Part shown: positions 24,001 to 36,000 of the stretch, piece after piece | How the letters are laid out: every line of letters starts with the position of its first letter | How positions within the stretch are numbered: position 1 is the first letter of the stretch | Source: an uncultured Gammaproteobacteria bacterium | Lineage (GTDB): Bacteria; Patescibacteriota; Microgenomatia; UBA10105; UBA927 | Direction: 5' to 3' | Assembly (NCBI GenBank): GCA_964367095.1 | Contig: CAYIXE010000002.1 | Coordinates: forward strand, 1-51,698 | DNA length: 51,698 nt | Program-made: the position numbers and the translations under genes | The notes under the pieces: generated by a model | Seen by the model: the letters and a program-made list of their open reading frames with translations, nothing else | Databases searched by the model: none | Told to the model about the DNA's origin: nothing

Positions 24001-27000
24001 GTATACTTTTTTCTAGATAAAGGACCATGTGAACTCGCTGATCCATGTAACCACTCATGGTGAAGAAGTTCTGAAGCCAAGAACCCATTGAGGATCGAAT
24101 TGGCCAGGGTCCTTTTCTGTTGACCTAGCACGTTTGATTTGACATGCTCTTCAGCATGTGATATGGTTTCTTCAGATAAGAGCTGAGGGATAACCAGTTC
24201 CCGACGTCGACCCAACATGGATGCATTTGTATCCTGCGGCGAGAGAGACAGCTCTTTTTCTGTACTTATAACTCCACGTTTGTCTACGCTCCCTAACCAC
24301 ATACAAGACAAAAAGAATTTTTGTCCTTTACCGATTGAACACACTACAGCTCTCACACGCACAAACTCAACAACAGCAGAAAGCGTCCAATATTCTATAA
24401 CCATATCGGATTTTTTCACTTTCCTGTATCCTTGTACTATTCCCGTGTTAGCAATGACATGTGGTACTCTTGGAAGAGCAAAAAATCTGGTAATAAGTTC
24501 ATTTATAGATCGATCTTTTTCTACAAAATGATTCCATCCTGTACGAGTAAAGAATACGTTACTTTTGAGAGCTTTTGACCAAACAGATGAACCCGCCAGA
24601 TGATTCATATAATATGCGCGAGCCACATCTTCCGAGTACTCATATGTATCTTTCTGAATACTATTAACATCATGAGGTTCCATATTTAATAAATATGGGT
24701 GCTCACTCGTTGTGCGGATAGTTTTTCCTGATGTGGTCGTCAATCCATAAACCTGCTGTACACCTTTTTTGAGAAGTTTATTGACGCGAGCAGGTTCAAG
24801 CTTGTGCGTAAATTCATTAAGGGACAATATTTCGTCGCCAGGCTCGATCTGATCGATACGAACATCCTCATACTCATCCGGATCCCCTGTCCCTCCGTAG
24901 CTTTTAGCGAAGGGGGATTTTTTCTTTCGTCGTCTTCGACGAAGCTTTGTGTCCCCTGTCACGCACTCAGGAATATCTTTACTGCTTGCTTGATTCTTAT
25001 TCTGCACCCCGTTATCAAGCGCGTTGATGATACCAAAAAGGGTTACGTTTTGTCCGTTGTTGGTGATAAGGGAGATAAGTTTGGCGCGAAGTACAAGATT
25101 ATCGAGGAGAGAAGACGCATCTTTGGCATCGTCCCATCCAGAACTCGTTTTCTCCAGTGCTTCGATTGACTTTTGAGTTTCGGTCAAGGCCTGGGGAATT
25201 TGAGAAGGAGCTTTGATCCCGACCGATCCAATCACACGAAGATAAATAGTCAACAGTGCGCGGGTATTTTGGACAGTACCGGTAAATTGAGACTGCAGAG
25301 AAGATATGGCAGTAGTAAATTCAGGATCTTTTACCAATGTATCAACAGCTTCTTTCAACTCTTTACCGGATGCATACGCAGCAAACATCGGGGCTACAGA
25401 CTTTATAAATGACTCCGTCAACACCTTCTTACGATTCGCTTTTTTCATGCCTGTCAACAGGGCGTTACCAATCTTTTTTGACGCAGAAAGCAATTGATTC
25501 TTGGTAGGAGGCTTAGGAGCTGGTGCCTGCCCCGGCGTAGTCGGCCTAACATCACTGCCTTGACGAGCTGGTTTAGGTCTACTCACATCAGGAACATGTC
25601 CAACAGTCTTAATCGTTTCTAATGTACGTTGTAATGTATCAAATGGTATCAAAGCATTTCGAACTACGTTATTTTTCCCCATCTCTTCATCAAGAGCGCG
25701 CCTGACCCATGTAGCAATACGATAAACATATAAATCATCACTCCACTCTTCTTGAGGCGCGTCGCTAGGATTAAATTCTCTCACTATATCTCCACGTAAT
25801 CTCAATAAATTTTCGATATGCAAGAAACGTTGGTCATCGGCTTCACGTAATACTTCGTTATATCTTTGGAGTGGTTCTATTATCTGTTTTTGTGATGCAC
25901 TGCTAAAGGCTTGCCTTAATGATGATGTCTGTCCAAAAATACTAAAAATATTTGCCGTATCCCATTTACCTTCATTTAAAACTATATTTAGAAGGTGTAA
26001 CGTATATTTTTCATAACCCGATACAAAAGCGGTTGTCCTAGCTTGGCCTATCGCAATATCTTCTACAGCACTCCCTTTCAGTCCATACGTCTTTCCCGCC
26101 TTTTCAATAGCACTCTTCACTCCAGGTGTTAGCTGTGTATACAACTCTCGGGATAAAGACTCAGGATTATTTACATAGTTTCTTAACGTAGAAAGCGCTT
26201 GAAACGTCGTCCGGCCATTATCGTACAAATATTTACTTCCTGCCCGCTCGTTTGCTGTCTGTACTGCAGTAACAGCATTAATCGCATCGGAAAGTGTCAG
26301 CAATTGATAACTATTAAATGAATTTGCCACTCCTTGAAGGTTACTTAGGGCATCGTTCACGACGTGTTCATCAACGTCATGTACTGAGTTTCTGCTGTTT
26401 AAGACAGGACGAAGCAAATCATATACGATCTGATTGCGCTTCCGAAGGACATCGGTTGAAAGGATCGCTTGCAAATCTGCCCCAAGCGTATCGCTAGCAC
26501 TTTCCAGCGCGAGTATTTGAGCTTGTACTGATGACACCCGAATATTATGAGATTTTTCTGTGTCGAGTACTTTTCCATTATTTGTCAATAATTCATACGA
26601 GATATCTATACTATCCCGACCAATTGCCTCTTTCAACACTTTATGAGCCTTTTCAACTTGAGCGCCATATCCATTCTTCTCAATACTTTTTTGCAGGCTC
26701 TCTATATCTCTAACGAAGTCGATAAGATTACTCTCTCGACTATGTACCTTATTCACTTCTTTTTTCATTCCCTCTGTCCTCGTCGCAATACGGGAAAGCC
26801 ATGTGTCAATCAGCGCTTTTGTCACAGGAGCATCTTTTTCTCCAGGCTCAAGCAATCCAAGATCAGATACTTGTTTCACTGCGTTAGTCAATAACTCTTT
26901 TTCTTCCAACTCATTTATCCGAGCCATGAGTGCAGCATGAGCTTTTTGAAGACTTATTACCGTGTTAACCAAGCGAATAGGAACCGTTTGGGTAAACGCC

Positions 27001-30000
27001 GCGTCCTTAAGCAAAGTCAGCACAGCACCCAGCGATTTTTGAACTTTCCCAAGAGTATCAGGCGTTTGATCTTCTAGGGCCGCTTGTCGCTCCCCTTCTT
27101 GAGCTACCTCGACAAGATATGAAACGATGCCGCTGCCAATAGAAACAAAATTATTTCTGTCTATTCCCTTCGTAATCTTATTCAATACTCCCTGTCCAAA
27201 ATCTTTGGCCGGCGCTAAAGCGATAATTTGACGAAACGCCTCGTTGGCCAAAACAATTTTTCGCGCATTATGACTAAAAGTCATCGCCTCTGCCAGTTCA
27301 GTTCTCATTTCGATAGCTTCTTTGTCAGTAAGCGTAATACCCAAATCCGAAAGACTTTCTTCAAGATCATCCATCGTAAGCATGGTACTTCCCTCTGCAC
27401 GAATTTCCCGACTCGCCGTTTCCATTGCGATACGTAGTTCTTGATCAATCGCTAACCCACGAAGCCTTTCCACCTCGTTATCTACTTCTGTCTGTGAAAA
27501 TTTCGAAGAAAGTGGTGTTAGAACAATTGGCAAATTATGAGTACTGATTCTTTCAGAAAGCTTGTCATACACACTTCGGTCGACGGGCAGTGTTTGTGAA
27601 GACTCCGCATTCTTTAACAACGCCAAATCCTTTTTTGCATTCGCTTTTGTTTGAGCTCCTGACTCAATATATGATCCATCGATAAATTTATTGAGAACAA
27701 CATCTCTTAGATGTATTGCGTTCGTAAAATTCGGACTCAGAATATCTAACCGAACAACATTGTGTCCATCTGTATATATCGCTCCGTAATCTTGAAGCAT
27801 ATTACCAAGTCTGATGCCAATACTAAACGACGGTTGCGTTGTATCCACTGCCATTCTTTGCAATTTTTCCTCTAAATGCGCTAAATCAGTAACTAAATCT
27901 GAAGTCGTACTCTGAAGGGTGATTGGGTAGTTCTCTGGGTATCCACCCGATTTAAGATCAGAAACAAACTTGGTAATTTTATTTTGTATCGATTCATTAG
28001 AACCTTTCTCTTGCCCTTGCCCAGCTGTTTCTTTTTCCAACCCATCAATATATCTTTGCGCTTCGATAATGTGCTCGTCATATATTTCTTCAAGTGTTGG
28101 GATACGCTCACGGCTAAGAGTATCAACGGCCCTGCGCTTCAAGCGTTCTACAAACCTAAACAAAGGATTTTCTGATAACGTTTCTGTCTTCTTCAATTCT
28201 TCAACTAGTGTGTTCAGTTCAGTCTGTGGATCCTCTGAAATCTTCATTGTCATAATCGCATCAAAATCCGACAGATACATGGTGTCTAAGAATGTACCTA
28301 CAGCCTCGAGAACAGTTTTATTTTTCTCTGAATCCTTAGCCGCCTTTACTATTTCATCTGCAAGTTTGAGTCGATTCTCATTTGAAGCATTGCTGTATAT
28401 TTTCGCCTCAGAAGGTTGATTGAGTATCCGCATAAGCGCCGCCAATTTCTGATTGGCAAAGTAGGCGGCGGTGCTAAAGAGCATTTCATTGCCAGGCTCT
28501 CCACTTTTCTTATGCTTTTCCCGCTCTGCGTTTACAATCTTTATAACACCCTCATATTTACTCTTGGCGTCATCATACTGCCCCGCTGCTAATAAACTTC
28601 CCGCTTCTGTAAATAATTGGACAAAAATTTCCTTCAATTCTTCACAGCTACCACATGCGAGCGGTTGGAGCTCTGCTCCCCTGTCTACTGCCTTCTCAAG
28701 ACCCTTTATTCCTTCTGTAAGCCCTCGCGCAAATTTATCAATGTCCTTTTTTTGATTAGCAGTAAGTGCTTCACCGCCTATTGGTGCGCTTGCTTTTTCT
28801 TCTATCTCTTCTACAGTCGCATCAAAATATGAAGAATCGTCAAATGTAACACGAAGCATAGACGCACCATCTCGCTTTTCAGGGGATACTGAAGCTACTC
28901 CAATTTTTAAAGAAATATCCCCATCCACTCCAAGCATTACTTCTACTCTAGAAACATCATGGTCTAATGAAGAATCTCTGTAGATATAGAATACATTTGT
29001 CAATGGAATCTCTTTCCCATCACCCACATTGATTTTACGTATACTGGCCGCACCACCGGTATCTAAAACAATTTTAGGAATTTCAATCTTTGATGAAGCG
29101 GTATCTATGCCTGTTTGTACCAATTTATTGAGCCCTGAAGAGTTAGAAAGGTATTTTTTGTTTAACGAAATATTTAATTGCCTTAACGCATCTACGTTAT
29201 CAGTAGTCAGAACAATGCTTTTTTCCGCTCTATATTGGAGCTCGTTCAACACCAACTCTAACTCTTGTTTTTTCGTGATTGCCAGCTCATCCGGACGCCT
29301 AGCCTTAGTATCTCCAAATCCATCGATGAGTCGTAATGTCCCTTCGGGTGTCAATATAATGTTTATTGAACGCAGGTCGCCATGAACAGAACCAGTTATT
29401 TTCCAATGATTTATAACATCCCTGACAAATTGGTTCACCTGTGCCAAGGTAAGTATTTTATTCGTTGCATCGAACATCCGAGTCCCCTCCACAAACTCAG
29501 CGACAAAACCAATAGTCTGACCATCTTTAGTAACATCGCTGTAATAGCGAGTAATATTTAATCCACTACTATAGTTTTCCTCTGTCCCGTATGTCCGATA
29601 ATATTGAAGCTGCGTTTGATTCGAGGAATCCTGAGGATTCTCAAATATCTTTACTGCATATATTTTTCCTGAGAATCCTTTTTCCACAAGAATAAAAGCG
29701 GACTCACCAGATAAAATTTTATCTCCAGTAATCTGGATAACATCTCCATTATTTAAAATGATCTTCGCGGGAACTATATATCCATTTGACAGCGTTACTG
29801 TTAAGTCCTCCGTCTGCCCAAATGCACTGAATAAGGAGGTACCACTATAAGGATATGTATCGGCTCCAGTTCCTTCAATTTCGACTAACTCCTCTAATGG
29901 CAACACTTCTTCAGATTGATCAAAGCTCTCCCACTCTGGCTCTGGAGGAATATCTTCCTGTATCGTAATCTTTGGAGATAGGAGTTCTTTTATTTGCAGT

Positions 30001-33000
30001 TGTATCAAATTGATACTCTCTGATAACTTCTCAAGATCTGCCCACGAGGCTACCTGGGCACTTTGCGCTTGAATCTCAGCTACTGTGGCCTTAAATACTA
30101 CTACATTTGGAATGGTCTTATAATCCAACGAAAGCATAGACTTGGTCACTGTTTTCCACTGCATATCCGCTATCTGCCGCAATAACATTATTTCCTGCTG
30201 GTGTAGTCTGTCTAATTCTTCTGCATTCTTTTCGCGCGCCGCTTGTGCATCTTCTAAATCAAGCCCCGCAATCATACTGGCCCTCTGTGCCTCTTTAATT
30301 TGCTTCAATAATTGCGTATCAGTATTTTTTGCCTCAGCGTATAATCGCTCCGCTTCAGAAAACGCACTAGTTAATGCTTTTATTTTCGCAGCATTTTCTT
30401 GACTCTCATCCTTACTAAGAGCAATCTGATTTTGAGAGATTTTTTTCAGCGCGTCATTCACGCGTCCAATCAAAACTGTAATATCAAGCTGCATCTGTAC
30501 AGGCAGTACAGCATTAGATATATCTGGTAATTTATCTATCTTGAGTTTTTTTGCTTGCCCTATAAGACTCTTTAACTGTGATTGACTACGGAATTGTACG
30601 AAATAGTCATCAAGTGTTGCATCTATAAGTATTTTCTCTGTATTTTCACCTACCGTGGCCTGAAGAAGCGTTTTATATTTTAAGACAATACCTTTGGCCT
30701 CCTCATCCGTCCAGTTATTCTTTAAAACCAAAGAGGACAGCTGTAGATATGCGCTGTCATACAAATCCTTCCTATTATTATCCCGAGCCATCATAAGTCT
30801 AAGATTTGCTGATTGGTAATATAAACTATAGATTCCAAATTGTTTCTCTGATAAAGTGCTACTAATTAATTTCCCTATCTCAAAGATACTCCGGCCTGCA
30901 CCCTGAATCTCCTCAATCGAATAGGATGCTTTTTGGGCAATCTCCTGTAATTTCCCGATGGCAACCGTAAACGCATCAGCATTCGCATTTACGTCCTCTC
31001 CTCTTACAAGAGAAATACCGTCGGAATCAAGACTTACTGTAATCGTCGCATCGCCCAACTGTAGCGTATCTCCTTTATGGAGTTCTGTAGCGTCTGTCAC
31101 ATCCTTGGTATTAACTTTCGTTAAAGAACCAGTATAGGGCTCATAGAACCACCTGTTATTGACCTGATGAATCGTCCCATGCGCATTCTTAATTGCCTGA
31201 TCTATGCCTATATTTGGAAGAAAAATATTTACAAATTCACCTGATCCAATAATAAATTTTTTCGGCCCTTCTGAAGTTATTGCCGCATCGATGGTATTTA
31301 TTCTTACCGTTTGATTGGGTTTGAGTGTCCCTCCGCCTCGCACATCCTCTATGATAATTCCCAGATCGTCGCCTCTATTTGTCTCAAACGCTTTACTTAT
31401 TCGATTCATCATCACCGTAGGAACTTCAAACTGTGTACCCAACACCCATCGCAATAATCCTATTGCTTTTCTGGATTCTATTTTCCCAGAAACAGGATTT
31501 CGCACTGAAACATATTGACCTTTTACAGCAATATCAAACTCACGTGTTTTATTGTTTCCATCGGCAGGCTTTACTAATTCCCACCCAACCAAAGACTGCA
31601 AATGATCACTCCCTGATAAAATCACAAAATCGCGCCCAGGAGACAAATGAAAGCTCGCATATTGCGCTCTCGCTTGTTGCGAGCTAAACATATCTTGAAC
31701 TTGTGGACTTTTTGCAGTCTGAAATGTGTAGCCAGTGGCGATGCCCTCATAGACGTCATTTCTGTTTATGTCTACTATTTTTGAAGCTACATAGGCTTTT
31801 GAAACGCTTCTATCAACCACTAATATTACGCTATCAGCAATTGTGGCAGTGTGCAGCATATTTTCTGTCGTATCTAATACATAAATTCCTGCGGTACTTG
31901 AACCATTGAACCCTGTTGAATCCCCTGTAATAGCGAGTATGTCTTCATTTGCACGGTCAATCGCATTTTGCATTGCTTCTCTAATATTTGAATCATCTGT
32001 TTCTAAACTTTCTGACAGATACTTACCGACTAATTGCGTGACCATGTCCGCCACATACTTGCTGTTTTCTCCGCCTTGAGTCACACCATCTGAAGTCACT
32101 CCTACCACCAACCTCTTGCCAGTATTAGTAACGATCTCAGCGCGATACGGCTTACCATCTTGGTATGAATGAGGACTACGCCTTTGATTAGCAAACTCTG
32201 CTATACCAGCAAGATTAGACCTTATACGCTGCGGCAATAATCCAAGCAACGAATCAGTCGCTTTCCCGAGATTAGCAATAGCTTTTTGTAATAATTGAAA
32301 CTTAAGAAACGAAGCATTCAGTCGATTTCTGTCCGCTGTTTGATCTGTTGAAGGTGCAAAAGAGGTGATCTTATCTTTCTTCGCTTTTGCCTTTGCATCC
32401 TGCAATGCTTTTTTCGACGCATACTCTTCAACGTCAAGGGTAAATTGATTTCGCAAAAATGTTGTATTTTCTTGGGACGTAATTTTTGTTTTCTCTTGTA
32501 ATAACTTCACCGCATTATCAATATCCTCAGGATGAATATCCTTAGAAGAATTAATATAATTTTTCATCGCCAGCGAATACTTTTCATACAATTCTGCCTG
32601 AGTTTTCAATTGTGCTTCGGTATACTCTGCTAACGCTACCACAGCTTGTGGTGCGCTCAGCGCTCTCACTTTTTCACTTTCTGCTAATGCAAGCGCTTTT
32701 TTAGCCGTCTCTACTTGAATCCAAAGATCATCTTTTTTCACTAAATGATCTGCATATTGTTTTCTTAATGGATCTATCTTCGCTGATTTGCTTTTATAAT
32801 CTTCTTCTAGCCTCTTAAGCTCTTTAGTAATTCTGTCTTCAGAAATAGTCTTAGCTCTAAGAGCGTTTTTAATTTCGTTTGCTTTTTGCGTAGCTTCTTC
32901 TAACGTGAGCTGAGCCTCTACGGGAATAGGCTTAACCTTTTCCGCTGGCTGACTATTTGGATTCATCGTGGTGAGAAATATCGATCCAAACCCAACCTGA

Positions 33001-36000
33001 CTGCGTGATGGTATACGAACGATAAATCCAGCACCTTTGCTGCTTAGCCAAATACGATCACCGTTTGACAACGTTTTCGCTTGAGTATCTTCCGAATCCA
33101 ATTTTCCGTTCTCGTTAAATATACTGCTTTTGTTTACATAAACGCCATTGGTCGAATTCAAATCTTCTACAACCCAAGAAGAACCAGAATAATATATTTC
33201 TGCATGATTTCTACTGACATCCGAATCTGTTAATACGATTGTATTATTAGTGAAACGGCCAATGCTGGCTTTATTCTTAACTCCAAATACTTTACTATCC
33301 AACTCTAACGTTTCATGATCTTTTACTATATATCCCAAATTTATCGCTGGTTCTGCGTCTGCAATCCCTATCGATGACATCTCGACAGCTTTTTCGGAAA
33401 GCGTTGGCTTTCTATATGGCTTTTGAATACTCGGAATAAACTGAATCGGCTCACCGTTGTTTGCTATAACCTGATCATCGCCAATAACCCAACCAGACAT
33501 AACATAGGTTGGAAATGAACGAAAATCAGGAGCTGCATGATCAAAATATGTTAACGTTGTCAACGTATACGCTAAAGGATCTCGACCAATAAAATTTGAC
33601 CGCAGTATTTCTTTGTAATGTTCGACAACTTGTGGGTTTAATACGGCAAATATCGGATCAAAAATTTCCTCAATTGTTTTAATACGTTGATCATATGAGG
33701 CCCATTGGACTTTCGCTTTAACGTCTACTAACTCGGCCGATTCTTTTATGAGAGCAATCGCACGCTTTGATGTAAATGGGATAGCAAGATGCAAAATCCC
33801 GGTATTACCACTTTCTTGTTGGGCCGAACCAAAATCACTCACCATGTGAGCTGTTTGAGCTCCCGAATATGCAGCGTCATCAAAATAAACAAAATCTACT
33901 ACTCCCTTATCTCCATTCCTTTTTTGCCACTGAGCCAAATCAGTAATTGACACGACTGCGACCGGTTGGCTTGTTAATGAGTCGCCCTCAAGCGATTGAC
34001 GAGCAATTTCTCGCACCCACGAATCGCTTGCTTGAGGATCATCAGACGTGACGATTACAAAAGGCTTTGATCCCAAAGATTTTTTCAAATCTTTCACTGT
34101 CTCGCGAAGTTGCTTCATAAAATCTTCAAACGAAATACGTGTTATATTGTTTGAAATTAACGTTGCCACGTCACGAATTTCACCATCAGGATGAGCATTT
34201 ACCCACTGAGTACGTTTCCTCTCATCAAATAACGCTGGTTTCACCGACAAATTTGGAGTTTCCACGACTTCTTCTATGAGACTCACAGCACCACCGGTAT
34301 CTACGACAGTCTCAACAATAGGCGCAATTTTCACATCTCTAGCTTGAACTTGCAAATGTTGAATACCATCTTTTAGCTTTACAATCCAATACAATAAACG
34401 ACCAGATCCACCAGACTCATTTTCATTACTTATCACTTTTGCCTTTACCGTAATCGTGTTCACGCCCGTTGTGTAGGTAACATCAACTTCATCACCCACT
34501 TTCACTGGATTATTTGCCACCATCGAAATATTTGTCGCACCAGCTATGTAGTTATATCCTGCAACGGGTGCAGGTTGTGCTGCAGGTGCAATTATTTTTT
34601 CTCTGTAGACTGTGTACGAACCATTACTGTTTCTTGCAAACACCGTTTTTTTGTCATTTATCTGAAATTGTATTTGATCTTGCACAATTTCTCGTTCAGT
34701 ATTTGTAGGAACATCACGACCTTTTGAATCCTTTACCCCAAAACGATCTATAGTGAAAAATAGTGACGTTATTGTTCCATCGTTTCTCCAGTTGGTATGG
34801 CCATATTGCGTCTGTAAATCAGACCGAACTGTGGTTAGTATCAATTCTCCTGAAGCATGCAATCCGATAAAGACTATCTGGCCATCTTTAATGTCTCCCA
34901 TCAATTCATAGACATTCAAATCGATTGCAACCGTCGCTACTGGCGCAGAAACTGGAGGAACAATCACTCTTGGCTGTTGTGCTGGCGTTATTTTAGTCCG
35001 ATTGATGACCCATCCAACGCCCCGCGCTGCTTGATACACGCTAAATGGAACTGTGATAATCCATAAGGGTATAACTGCTATGAAAAAAAATACTAAACCG
35101 ATTAACGGAAGACTCGCTAACCACGGAGCAATAAAGAATGAAGCTATGCCAAGTACTCCTAATGTCAATAACGTTCTTCTTAACGGAGCGTTAAGGATAT
35201 TCCATAGTCCGCCAGTACGTGCAAATATCGATTCCTTTACGATCGGCACCTCTGGTGAATCTTGTGGTGCAATAGTTGCAACTTGCGGCCTACCTGTACG
35301 AACTTCAAGCAATCGTGACAAAATTTGATCAATAAATTTTTTCCGATTTTCCTGCCATTGTTGATCAGATTCAGTAAACCCATAAAAAACTAATTGTACT
35401 TTTCCTGCATTTTTTACAATAGCGAAATAATCAACAAGCGCTTCTATTTCTTCAGCCTCTAATCCAATAATATCTTTACTTGTTTCCAAAATAGAATGGA
35501 GCGTTGTCTTATCTTCTGCAGAGAGCTTCGTGGTTCGCGGCGTCGATATATCCTTGACAAGAAAATTGTAACTTGCTCGTCCTAAAAGCGCTAACAACTC
35601 TGGACTCTTCGCTGAATCGCTTTTAAGAGCATTTGCTATCTTAACTTGACCAGTTTGGTACTGTGGATGTCGTTTGACAGCCTCTACCGGAAAACCGCTC
35701 AATAAACCGAAGCGTTTATCCTGAATTGGAGTATAACCTGAAATATTTAGCCACAACCATTCATTTGGATTTGCTATGAGCCACGCTCTAGGATCTTTTT
35801 GAGCCTCCGATGAATTAAATATATCAGAATTCTCTTGAATAATTTTTTTGGCGAGATCAAAATTTACTAGTGAATACCGCTCGAGACGCATCTCATCTGT
35901 CTCATCTGGGTGATGTATAAGTCCAACTACACCCCCCAAATCGTTAAGCGTTTTATCAATCTGGGCTTTTTCAGAATCTGTCAAATTCAAGAAGGCTTGT

